Source: Spirochaetota bacterium (GTDB lineage: Bacteria > Spirochaetota > UBA12135 > COTS27 > CBDBHE01). From it: a DNA stretch of 64,000 nucleotides. The position numbers were made by a program, and so were the translations under genes. Each line of letters starts with the position of its first letter. The first letter of the stretch is position 1. Shown here piece after piece: positions 1 to 9,184 of the stretch. The notes under the pieces are model-generated. The model saw only the letters and a list, made by a program, of their open reading frames with translations. It searched no databases and was not told where the DNA came from. Where the stretch lies: positions 128,001-192,000 of the forward strand of contig CBDBHE010000006.1 of the NCBI GenBank assembly GCA_965205605.1. Direction: 5' to 3'.

Positions 1-351
1 AGCGCCTGCTTTTAAGTGATCTTCTGATTTTTCTTTCGTTAAAAAAAGACCTGTTGATTCGACAATGTATTGGGCACCGATTTCTTTCCAATTTAAATTA
101 GCAGGATTTTTTTCTGAAGAAACTCTAATTTTTTTTCCATTCACAACTAAGTGTTGATCACTAATCTCTACTGTCTGTTTAAAACGACCGTGAATAGAAT
201 CATAAGCCAACATATAGGCCATATATTCTGTTGAAATCAAATCATTAATGCCTACAATTTCAACTTCTTTTAATTTTGGATTTTCAAAAGTAGCTCTAAA
301 AAACAGTCTTCCAATGCGACCAAATCCATTAATTCCTACTTTAATTGCCAT
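1..351 (-). CDS. gap: Type I glyceraldehyde-3-phosphate dehydrogenase, 5' part (runs off window start)
   Basis: Manual translation from ATG at 351: [16 protein letters not shown]...YDSIHGRF...VESTGLF; AGGAG upstream. Not in the ORF track because it is truncated. Confidence 0.95.
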   Translation of the reverse strand, partial: MAIKVGINGFGRIGRLFFRATFENPKLKEVEIVGINDLISTEYMAYMLAYDSIHGRFKQTVEISDQHLVVNGKKIRVSSEKNPANLNWKEIGAQYIVESTGLFLTKEKSEDHLKAGA

Positions 352-477
352 GATAAATCATACTCCTAGATTAAATATTTTTTATTTTTTGAAAAGGAAA
401 ATAAAACTATTTTCTAATAGTATATAATGTTTAAAGAAAAAGGTTAATGAACAGAGTGTTGTATCAGCAATCATCTT

Positions 478-1509
478 TTATGAAAAAAGGGTTTTCCCGT
501 AGGATTTTAAGTTGTGACAAGCTTTGATGACTTCTTGTTTCATTCCATCTTCTGCTTTTTTTAGATAGGAGCGAGGGTCGTAGTATTTTTTGTTTCCTAC
601 ATTACCATCGATCTTTAAGACGCTGTCATAGTTTATAAAAAAATGCTCTGCAATGGGTCTTGAGAAAGCATATTGACAGTCTGTGTCGACATTCATTTTA
701 ACGACACCATATTGAAGTGTTTGATGAATATCCTCCAAACTAGATCCGGAACCTCCGTGAAAAACTAAGTCAAAAGGATTAGTTTTATCATATTTTTTTC
801 CAACGGCTTCTTGTCCATCTTTTAAGATTTGAGGTTTTAATTTAACGACCCCTGGGTTATAGATGCCGTGGACATTTCCAAAAGTAGCAGCTAAAAAATA
901 CCTGCCATTTTCACCTAACCCCAGTTTGTTGGCAACAGCTAGCATATCGTTATTGTTTGTGTAGAGCTTGGCTCCTTTTTCTGCTTTGACGTCGTCTTCT
1001 TCTCCGCCTACAGCCCCGATTTCAATTTCTAAAAGGATTTCATTGTCATGACAAGTTTGAAGGAGTTCTTTTGAAAGTTTTAAATTGTCTTTTAGAGTAA
1101 TCGTAGAACCATCAAACATGTGGGCATTAAATAAATTGGGCAATCCTTTTTTTCTTCGTTTTTTTGTTTCTTCAATAAGAGGTTTGACAAAAAGATCAAG
1201 CTTGTCTACTAAACAGTGATCTGTATGAAGTGCAACATAAATCCCATATCTCTTAGCAACAAGGTGGACGTGATTGGCAAGACTAATAGCACCTAAAGCC
1301 ATGTCTTTTACACTTTGTCCCGAAATGAAAAGACCACCACCTGTAGAAACTTGAATAATCCCATCAGACTTGCTTTCTGCTAGTCCCATTAAAGCGGCAT
1401 TGGCAGAAGAATAAGAAGTGACATTAAAAGCAGGGAATGCATAATGGTTTTTTTTTGCTTTGTCGAGCAATTTACAATAAGTTTGATAATCAGCTACAGG
1501 CATAGTCAA
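478..1509 (-). CDS. fbaA: Class II fructose-bisphosphate aldolase
   Basis: LHTDHC, HMFDGS, GNVHG, VFHGGSG, KMNVDT, YDPR motifs; adjacent to gap. Confidence 0.93.
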   Translation of the reverse strand: MTMPVADYQTYCKLLDKAKKNHYAFPAFNVTSYSSANAALMGLAESKSDGIIQVSTGGGLFISGQSVKDMALGAISLANHVHLVAKRYGIYVALHTDHCLVDKLDLFVKPLIEETKKRRKKGLPNLFNAHMFDGSTITLKDNLKLSKELLQTCHDNEILLEIEIGAVGGEEDDVKAEKGAKLYTNNNDMLAVANKLGLGENGRYFLAATFGNVHGIYNPGVVKLKPQILKDGQEAVGKKYDKTNPFDLVFHGGSGSSLEDIHQTLQYGVVKMNVDTDCQYAFSRPIAEHFFINYDSVLKIDGNVGNKKYYDPRSYLKKAEDGMKQEVIKACHNLKSYGKTLFS

Positions 1510-1530
1510 ATATGATTGTAAGCTATTATT

Positions 1531-2691
1531 TTATTTTTTAAAAGTAGTTTCTAGTTGTTTAGCAGCTTTTTCCCAAGAAAAAGATTTGATTTTTTTAAGA
1601 AGATTTTTATTTGAAATCTCAAAAGGTTTTTTTGCTAAGGTTTCAATTTTTTCAAGAAGTTTTTTTCTTAAAGTATTGGTAGAATAAGGATCAAAAAAAT
1701 CCCAAGAAGCACCTAATAATTCTCGATTAGTAGGAATATCAGAAACAACAGGGTACGTTTTAGCCCAAAGGGATTCGATGACAGGAAGGCCAAAGCCTTC
1801 GTATAAGCTAGGGTAAACTGAAATTAAAGCTCCTGCAAGAAGCATGCTAAGAGTTGTTTCATCTTGTTTATTTAGAAAATAAATATGATTTATTTTTTTT
1901 TCTTTTTTTCCCAAAACAATCAATGGGTATTGTTTTTGAATTATTTTTGGAAGTTTTAAGTAAGCTTGATAAAGTCGGTTTGTGTTTTTTCTAGCAGTGT
2001 GTCCTCCAAAGTAAAGCAGGTAATGTTTGTAATCAACTTTAAAAGATTTGAGATAAGGTTCACATTGTTTTTTTGAATAAGGTTTAAACTGTTTGGAAAT
2101 ACCATTATAAGAGACAATAATTTTTTTTTCATTAATAGAAGGACAAATGTCTATCATATTTTTTTTTGTTGTTTGGCTGATGGTAATAATTTTTTCGGAA
2201 AGTTGATTGATTTTTTTTAAATTAAAAAAGCCTCTTATTCCAAGAAGCGTGATCATAGAGAGAGGTGTTTTGCCTTTGAGTAAAAAAGAAGGTTTTAGAA
2301 ACAAGGTAGGGATGACGTCGTGAATAACGGTAATGATTTTTGTTTTTGATAATTTTTTTGGAAAGGTATCTACGTGGGGCAAAAAAAGAAAATCAAAGTT
2401 GATTTTTTTAAAAGAATGACTAAGAGTAATTTTTTTAGAAAAAGAAGACAAAGACTTTTTATGATAGAGGGGAATGATTTGATAAAAAATAGGGATATCA
2501 AGTACTTTATGAAAGTGGGTATTTGTTTTTTTAGGAGTGGTTGCTTTTTCAAATAAAGGAATAAAAATAATATATTTATTTTTGGTATTAGTTTTAGATA
2601 ACGCTTCAAGAAGGTTTTTTAAGTAAGAATGAAACCCTGAGCCTTTATAATATTTTGTGAGGTAAACTCCATTTATGGCTATTTTTTTCAT
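1531..2691 (-). CDS. Glycosyltransferase family 4 (GT-B)
   Basis: TVIHD, RKN and PSLYEGFGLPVIE motifs. Confidence 0.88.
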   Translation of the reverse strand: MKKIAINGVYLTKYYKGSGFHSYLKNLLEALSKTNTKNKYIIFIPLFEKATTPKKTNTHFHKVLDIPIFYQIIPLYHKKSLSSFSKKITLSHSFKKINFDFLFLPHVDTFPKKLSKTKIITVIHDVIPTLFLKPSFLLKGKTPLSMITLLGIRGFFNLKKINQLSEKIITISQTTKKNMIDICPSINEKKIIVSYNGISKQFKPYSKKQCEPYLKSFKVDYKHYLLYFGGHTARKNTNRLYQAYLKLPKIIQKQYPLIVLGKKEKKINHIYFLNKQDETTLSMLLAGALISVYPSLYEGFGLPVIESLWAKTYPVVSDIPTNRELLGASWDFFDPYSTNTLRKKLLEKIETLAKKPFEISNKNLLKKIKSFSWEKAAKQLETTFKK

Positions 2692-2698
2692 GTTATTT

Positions 2699-3910
2699 TT
2701 AAAGTGTTTTTTTAAAGTATTGATCTAAAGTGAGGATGACTTTTTCGATTTGAGTTGTTTTCATTTGGGAGAAAAAAGGGAGAGAGATTTGAGAAGTAGC
2801 TAGTTGGTCAGTTTTAGAGAATGAGGTTATGGAGTAACCTAATTTTTTATAATAAGTCATTTTCGGTAAGGGAATATAATGCACATTGGCTTCAATTTTT
2901 TTTTTTTTAAGAAAATCGATAACGTGGTTTCTTTTTTCTTCATTGATATTTTTCAGCCTAATAGAAAGTAAGTGACAAGCGGAGGTTGTTTTTTGGCAAA
3001 GAGTAGGTCTTAAAAGAGCCCAAGTTTTTTTCTGAAGCTGTTTAACATAGTAATTTTTTAAAGACTTTCTCTTTTCAAGTAAAACGGGGTATCTTTTTAA
3101 TTGGATAAGGCCGATGGCTGCTTGAATATCAGTCATATTATACTTATAACCTAAATCGACAACATCATATTGCCAAGTTTTTTTTTGATGCTTTTGGTAA
3201 GGGTCTTGATCTCTACCGTGAAGAGAAAGTCGCTTGATAATGGTTTCTAATTTTTTTTTATTGACGCCTTTTAATTGGTTTAAAATTAAAGCTCCTCCGT
3301 CACCGGTGGTAATATTTTTAGTGGCATGAAAAGAAAAAATATTAATATCAGCATAGGTACTGGCTTGTTTGTCATTTAAGATGGCGCCAAGTGAATGGGA
3401 AGCATCGGCAATACAGAGGATTCTGCCCAATTGTTTTTGAAACTGATTCTTTGAAGGAGAAAATTTTTTTTTTTTTTCAATGATGATGTTCATAATATTT
3501 TTGTAATCACAAGGATCCCCTGCATAATCAACTGGAATAATGGCTTTTGTTTTAGAAGTAATGGCTTTTTCTATTTTGTTTGGATCGATGTTAAAATCTT
3601 CTCTAATGTCAACAAAAATGGGTTTAGCACCTGTTTGTAAAATTGCAGCAGCTGTTGCAGAAAAAGTCATAGGGGTTGTAATCACTTCATCGCCTTTGCC
3701 GATACCAAAGGCTTTAAGGCTTAAAAAAAGAGAAGCGGTTGCAGAATTAAGGACGATGGCTTTATAGCACTTGGTATATTTTTCAATGGCTGCTTCAAAC
3801 TCTTCTACTTTAGGGCCTCGATTAATCCAATTTGATAACAATACTTTTTTAACTTCATTAACTTCTTGTTGAGTGATGTTGTGAGAAGTGAAGGGAATAT
3901 GAAACATCAA
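2699..3910 (-). CDS. DegT/DnrJ/EryC1/StrS family PLP-dependent sugar aminotransferase
   Basis: NSATASL, DASHS, SFHATKNITTGDGG, GYKYNMTD. Confidence 0.92.
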   Translation of the reverse strand: MMFHIPFTSHNITQQEVNEVKKVLLSNWINRGPKVEEFEAAIEKYTKCYKAIVLNSATASLFLSLKAFGIGKGDEVITTPMTFSATAAAILQTGAKPIFVDIREDFNIDPNKIEKAITSKTKAIIPVDYAGDPCDYKNIMNIIIEKKKKFSPSKNQFQKQLGRILCIADASHSLGAILNDKQASTYADINIFSFHATKNITTGDGGALILNQLKGVNKKKLETIIKRLSLHGRDQDPYQKHQKKTWQYDVVDLGYKYNMTDIQAAIGLIQLKRYPVLLEKRKSLKNYYVKQLQKKTWALLRPTLCQKTTSACHLLSIRLKNINEEKRNHVIDFLKKKKIEANVHYIPLPKMTYYKKLGYSITSFSKTDQLATSQISLPFFSQMKTTQIEKVILTLDQYFKKTL

Positions 3911-3911
3911 A

Positions 3912-5009
3912 TTAGTGTTTAAAGCGATTGATATGTTCGGTAATTTTATTTTGGTCTTTTTTTTTTAAAAAAGCACTTATAGGGAGGCTAATAATGTCTT
4001 TGCTAATTTTTTCTGCTATAGGAAAATCTCCTTTTTTGTAGTTGAGATAATTAAATGCTTTTTGAAGATGAATCGGGGGGGCATAAAAAATAGAATAGGG
4101 AATTTTTTTAGTTTTTAAATGTTTAATAAAATCTTCTCTGTTAGAAATTCTAATAGAATATTGAGCAAAGGTAGACGTTTGGTATCTAGGAATATGAGGG
4201 GTAACGACATTACTAGAAAAAAGCTTTTCGTTATAATCATTTGCGATGGATTGTCTCTTTTTAATTTCGTCATCTAAATGTTGTAGTTTTACGGTTAGAA
4301 TAGCGGCTTGAATATTATCGATACGTCCATTAATGCCAATATACAAGTGGTCGTGTTGAGTTTTCCCATGATTTAAAAGAGCTCGAATTTTTATTTCTAA
4401 TTTTTTATCAGAAGTAAAAATAGCTCCTCCATCTCCATAACAACCTAAGGGTTTTGAAGGATAAAAACTTGTGCAAGCAATTTTAGAAAGATTACAAGAA
4501 TGCTTTGTTTTATACAAAGCTCCAAAAGATTGGCTGGCATCTTCGATAACCGTTAATTTGTGTTTTTTAGCAATTTGATTGATGGCATCCATATTCGATG
4601 TAAGTCCAAAAAGAGAAACCGGTATAATGGCTTTGGTTTTTTTGCTAATTTTTTCTTCAATTAAGTTTGGGTTGATGTTGTAAGTGAGTTCATCAATATC
4701 AACAAAAACAGGCTTTGCTTTTAAAATAGCAATGGCTTCGGCGGTTGCAATGAAAGTAAAAGGGCTTGTAATAACTTCGTCTTTTTCTTTAATGTCAAGA
4801 GCCATTAAAGCTAGTTGTAAAGCCGTCGTCCCACTCGAACATCCCATCGCAAAAGAAGCTCCTGAATAGGTTGCAAGAGAAGATTCAAAATCTTTTAAAA
4901 TCTTTCCTCCTAAAAATTGAGTACTTTTGATTGTTTTATTAATTGCTTTTTTAAGAGATCGTTTATACGAAGAATATTGAGATTTTAAATTGACAAAAGG
5001 GATTGTCAT
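3912..5009 (-). CDS. DegT/DnrJ family sugar aminotransferase (WbpE/WlbC-like)
   Basis: SSGTTAL, TFIATAE, EDASQSFG, SFYPSKPLGCYGDGG, NGRIDNIQAA. Confidence 0.92.
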   Translation of the reverse strand: MTIPFVNLKSQYSSYKRSLKKAINKTIKSTQFLGGKILKDFESSLATYSGASFAMGCSSGTTALQLALMALDIKEKDEVITSPFTFIATAEAIAILKAKPVFVDIDELTYNINPNLIEEKISKKTKAIIPVSLFGLTSNMDAINQIAKKHKLTVIEDASQSFGALYKTKHSCNLSKIACTSFYPSKPLGCYGDGGAIFTSDKKLEIKIRALLNHGKTQHDHLYIGINGRIDNIQAAILTVKLQHLDDEIKKRQSIANDYNEKLFSSNVVTPHIPRYQTSTFAQYSIRISNREDFIKHLKTKKIPYSIFYAPPIHLQKAFNYLNYKKGDFPIAEKISKDIISLPISAFLKKKDQNKITEHINRFKH

Positions 5010-5171
5010 AAGAATTTACTTTTTAATAAAATTTAAAAAATTAAGAAAAAAAAATCAAATTTAAACAAATAGATTTTTTATTGATTTTATCTCTTTCTTT
5101 AAATGCTTAATGATTTCATTATATAATAAAAAATAATAAATTCAATAATTTTATATGTTTAAGACGTTAGT

Positions 5172-6296
5172 GTGAAGTTTACTTGTTTAAAAGAAGAGCT
5201 ACTTAAAGTTGTAGGTGCTAGTGATGTGATTACAGGTCATAAAGGAAATTATTCCATTTTGTCTAATATCTTATTTGAAGTCATTGGAGATAAAGTCTTT
5301 GTAAAAGCCAATAATATGAATATGTCTTTAGAAGCATCTCTTAAAAAAGCCACTATTGAAAAAGAAGGGGCTATTACGCTTTATCAAAATAAATTTTTTA
5401 ATCTTGTCAAAGAAATTCCTGAAAAAGAAATTCTCATTGAAGTGGTTGATGATAATAAAGTCCTCATTAAATCTTTAGATAAAAAAAGGAACGTCAAAGC
5501 CGTGATGATGGGGATTTCAAAATCCGAGTTCCCAGAGTTGCCAAAGATTATGGATCAAATCAAGCTTATTTCTATCGATAAGATTTTGTTTAAAAAAATG
5601 ATTCAAAAAACGATTTTTGCTGTTTCACACTCCAACACACAGTATACGCTCAATGGTGTTTATATGGAATATAAAAACAATATGTTAAAATTTGTTGCCA
5701 TTGATGGTAGGCGTCTTGCTTTATTTAAAACGTTGCTCTCTGAAAATGAACACGAAGAGTTTGAGGTTATTATTCCCCAGGAGTTTTTTGCTCATCTTCA
5801 AAAAATCATTTTTAATGAGGGGCCGATGCAATTTTGTTTTCAAGAAAATCGATTTTTTTTTCTTTTTGATAACATGTGTTTGTCTTCAAATGTTTTAGAA
5901 GGTAAGTTTCCAAATTATAATTTATTTATTCCAAGTAAACACGAAAATCAGTTTTTTGTTAAAACTAAATCTCTTTTATCAGCGGTTAATTTTGTTTCGA
6001 CTTTGATTGATGAAGAATCGCATAAAATGATTTGGGAGATTGAAAATAAACAATTAAAAATATTTGCCAAAAATTCAGATTACGGAGAATCAGAAGAAAG
6101 CCTTGATATTGTTTATTCAGCTAAGCCTTATAAAATAGGACTTAATTACAAACTGATTAGTGATGTGATAAGGCAAATTGAAGTAGAAGAAGTTGAGTTT
6201 CAATTTAATAATCAGCTCTCTCCTATTTTAGTTAAAGAAAAAAATCGAGATGAATATTATTTTATTGTGATGCCTATGAAACTTGAAGAAATTTAA
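5172..6296 (+). CDS. dnaN: DNA polymerase III beta sliding clamp
   Basis: 374 aa; LNGV, VAIDGRRL, EGKFPNY, C-terminal VMPM; GTG start. Confidence 0.93.
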   Translation: MKFTCLKEELLKVVGASDVITGHKGNYSILSNILFEVIGDKVFVKANNMNMSLEASLKKATIEKEGAITLYQNKFFNLVKEIPEKEILIEVVDDNKVLIKSLDKKRNVKAVMMGISKSEFPELPKIMDQIKLISIDKILFKKMIQKTIFAVSHSNTQYTLNGVYMEYKNNMLKFVAIDGRRLALFKTLLSENEHEEFEVIIPQEFFAHLQKIIFNEGPMQFCFQENRFFFLFDNMCLSSNVLEGKFPNYNLFIPSKHENQFFVKTKSLLSAVNFVSTLIDEESHKMIWEIENKQLKIFAKNSDYGESEESLDIVYSAKPYKIGLNYKLISDVIRQIEVEEVEFQFNNQLSPILVKEKNRDEYYFIVMPMKLEEI

Positions 6297-6302
6297 ACAG
6301 GC

Positions 6303-7397
6303 ATGTTTATTCATGAAGTTTTTTTAAGTTATTTTAGAAATTATGATCATTTACACTGCACGTTTGATCATTGTTTTAATTTACTCATTGGTAGTAATGC
6401 TCAAGGAAAAACCAATTTTTTAGAAGCCATTTATTTTTCTTATTATTTAAAATCTTTTCGTGCTTTAAATACAAAAGAGTTGATTAAAAAAGAAAAAAAT
6501 GAATTTATTATTCAATTGCTTTTTTCTGAAAATAAAACTAAGCAATCTTTTGTAAATAAACTACTGATTAAACATTCTAAAAACAAAAAAGAGTTTTTTT
6601 TGAACCAAAAAAAAGCCTCTGCGGAAGAAATTAAAAAAGAACAACTAAAAGTACTGCTTTTAAATAATGATGATGTTTTACTCACAAGGGCTTTTCCCTA
6701 TGAAAGGAGAGCTTATTTTGATTCGATTATAGGGATTTTAAAACCAGAATATTATTTTGCTTTAAAGCAATTTCAGAAATCACTTGTTAACCGAAATCTT
6801 GATTTGAAGAAAAATCATCAGGCATCAAAATGGGATGAATCAATGGCTCAATTTGGAGCAAAAATTATTAATGCTCGAGTTTCTTTTTTAAAAGCCATTG
6901 AAAACCCTCTTGCAAAAATTTTTCATCAGTTGACTTTAATTAATGAAAAAGCTTTTATTATTTATCAGAGTACCAAAAAAGAGGGGAGGGCTTCTTGTTC
7001 TATAGGAGTGGAAAATTATCTTTTAAAATTAAAGGAAACTTGGAAACAAGATCAACTTTATAAAAAAACTCATTTTGGCCCTCATTTGGATGATTTTATT
7101 TTTTTTATTGGAGATTCGAAAGTCAAAATAAGTGCTTCTCAAGGAGAATCAAGATTATTTTCGTATGCTTTGAAATTTTCAATTTTTGAATATATTTGTC
7201 ATTTCGTTAAAAAGCCTCCTCTTTTATTATTAGATGATATTTTTTCTGATTTAGATCCAAAAAAGATTGATCTTTTTTTTCAGTTTATCAAAAAAGGATC
7301 TCAAGTATTTTTAGCTTGTGCTAATTTGGATTTGATTAAATCAAGGACAAAGGGTTTTAAAATATATCAAGTTTCTAAAGGAATGATTAGCGAATGA
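6303..7397 (+). CDS. recF: DNA replication/repair protein RecF
   Basis: FRNY, GSNAQGKTNFLEAI, GPHLDD, SQGE, LLLDDIFSDLD; follows dnaN. Confidence 0.93.
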   Translation: MFIHEVFLSYFRNYDHLHCTFDHCFNLLIGSNAQGKTNFLEAIYFSYYLKSFRALNTKELIKKEKNEFIIQLLFSENKTKQSFVNKLLIKHSKNKKEFFLNQKKASAEEIKKEQLKVLLLNNDDVLLTRAFPYERRAYFDSIIGILKPEYYFALKQFQKSLVNRNLDLKKNHQASKWDESMAQFGAKIINARVSFLKAIENPLAKIFHQLTLINEKAFIIYQSTKKEGRASCSIGVENYLLKLKETWKQDQLYKKTHFGPHLDDFIFFIGDSKVKISASQGESRLFSYALKFSIFEYICHFVKKPPLLLLDDIFSDLDPKKIDLFFQFIKKGSQVFLACANLDLIKSRTKGFKIYQVSKGMISE

Positions 7398-8029
7398 GAG
7401 GCAGGGGACATTTTTCTTCTTTAAAGATGGTTTTAGAACAAGTTTTAAAACGACATCGATATGAAATTAACAATCAAAAAATCTTTATGCAATGGAAAAA
7501 AATAGTTGGTGATAAAATTGCTTCTATTTCTAGACCTTATAAAATTTTTGATAATAAGCTTTATGTTGCTTTAAAATATAATCATTGGATGCTAGAACTT
7601 TCTTATGCTAAAGATGAAATGATAAAAAAGTACATCGCTTTATTTCCTTTTTTGAAATTAAAAGATATTTATTTTAAGTTTGATCCTAATCGGAATTATT
7701 CTTCTTTAGAGGATGAAAAAAATGATTTTAAGTTTTCTTTAGAAAATATTGAGTTGGATGCTGAAGAGTCTGTTGTAGAGATTCCTTGGCAAGAAGATGA
7801 TAAAGAAGTTGCTAATCGTATTGAGAGTCTTAAAAAAACTTACTTGAAAGTTAAAAAATATATTGCAAAAGAAAAAGATCCATATCGCAATGTTTTAGAC
7901 TTTAAAAAAGAAAAAAATCGATCTAAAGACATTGTCAGTGAGCTTGATGATCTTTATCCTACTTATGGCATTAGTAGTCAATTTTTAGTTCAAAAAGATG
8001 ACTTTCAATCTTTTGATTTGTATTCGTGA
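7394..8029 (+). CDS. DUF721/DciA-like protein with C-terminal extension
   Basis: WKKIVG..IA...P.....KLYV.....W..EL pattern; conserved position after recF, ATGA overlap. Confidence 0.75.
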   Translation: MRGRGHFSSLKMVLEQVLKRHRYEINNQKIFMQWKKIVGDKIASISRPYKIFDNKLYVALKYNHWMLELSYAKDEMIKKYIALFPFLKLKDIYFKFDPNRNYSSLEDEKNDFKFSLENIELDAEESVVEIPWQEDDKEVANRIESLKKTYLKVKKYIAKEKDPYRNVLDFKKEKNRSKDIVSELDDLYPTYGISSQFLVQKDDFQSFDLYS

Positions 8030-9174
8030 ATCCGGCTATTTTTTTTGAAGAAGCTTATAAAGAAGCAAAGAAAGCCAAACTCATTTGTCGCCCTAATCCA
8101 GCTGTTGGAGCTATTATTGTTAAAAAATCTATCATCATTGCTAGAGGATATACGCAAGTTTATGGTGGTTTTCATGCAGAAAAAATAGCTTTTAATCAGG
8201 TGGGAGATAAAAAAAAATTAAAAGGAGCTGAAATGTATGTCACGCTAATGCCTTGTTGTCATTATGGTAAGACGCCTCCTTGTAGTGAATTAATACGAGA
8301 TTACCAAATTGCCAAAGTATGTATTGCCACTCCTGATTTAAACCCGATGGTTATGGGTAAGACAGAGTCTTTTTTTAAAAAAAACAACATTGTATATACT
8401 TATAATTTTCCAAAAGAAATTGCCTTAAAACTTTTTGAACTTAATAAAGATTTTTTTTATAGACAAGTTTTTAAAAAACCTTTTGTTATTGCTAAGTATG
8501 CGATGACATTGGATGGGAAGATGGCTACTTATAAGGGAGATTCAAAATGGATTACAGAAAGAAAAGCAAGGGAAAAGGTGCATTTGAGTCGAGCGGTTAG
8601 TGATGGGATTGTCATTGGTGCTAAAACAGCCATCAAAGATGATCCGTTGTTAAGTAGTCGGCTTAGCTTAAACGTAAAGCAACCCCTTAGGATTGTTGTT
8701 TGTACTCAAAATAAGTTTTTAAAAAAATGTAAAAATTTATTTTCAAATCAAGCTAAAACTGTTTTTTTATCAAAGAAATCTTTTTGGTTTCTTAATTATC
8801 AGTTAAAAAAAAATAAACAAACCATTTTTTTTTATAAAAAAACTCCTTATTCTAAAGAAACTTTAATGGCTTTAGCTCAAAGATTTAAATTAAATTCTAT
8901 TTATATCGAAGGGGGAGCTAAAACGTTAGGTGCTTTTTTAGAAGAAGAGGTTTTAGATCAAATGGATGTGTATATTGGTTTAAAAATTTTAGGAGATGGT
9001 AAATATGCGCTTTCGCCTTTTATTAGGAAGATGAAAAAGCAGTGGATTAAAGAAGCTTTTAGTGTTATCAAGCGTAAAGTCGTTACGTTTGATGACACTG
9101 TTTTTATTTCTGTTTATACAAAAGAAAAAGCGATGGAGCGTTTAAAAAAAAAAGTCCTTAAAGTAAATAGATAA
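8026..9174 (+). CDS. ribD: Bifunctional riboflavin biosynthesis deaminase/reductase
   Basis: PNPAVGA, HAE, PCCHYGKTPPC, AMTLDGK, IEGG. Confidence 0.93.
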   Translation: MNPAIFFEEAYKEAKKAKLICRPNPAVGAIIVKKSIIIARGYTQVYGGFHAEKIAFNQVGDKKKLKGAEMYVTLMPCCHYGKTPPCSELIRDYQIAKVCIATPDLNPMVMGKTESFFKKNNIVYTYNFPKEIALKLFELNKDFFYRQVFKKPFVIAKYAMTLDGKMATYKGDSKWITERKAREKVHLSRAVSDGIVIGAKTAIKDDPLLSSRLSLNVKQPLRIVVCTQNKFLKKCKNLFSNQAKTVFLSKKSFWFLNYQLKKNKQTIFFYKKTPYSKETLMALAQRFKLNSIYIEGGAKTLGAFLEEEVLDQMDVYIGLKILGDGKYALSPFIRKMKKQWIKEAFSVIKRKVVTFDDTVFISVYTKEKAMERLKKKVLKVNR

Positions 9175-9184
9175 ATCAATTTTT

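Noticed and set aside
5010-5171. Possible oriC upstream of dnaN
   Set aside because: AT-rich, but no DnaA boxes and no dnaA; gene orientation does not switch persistently here
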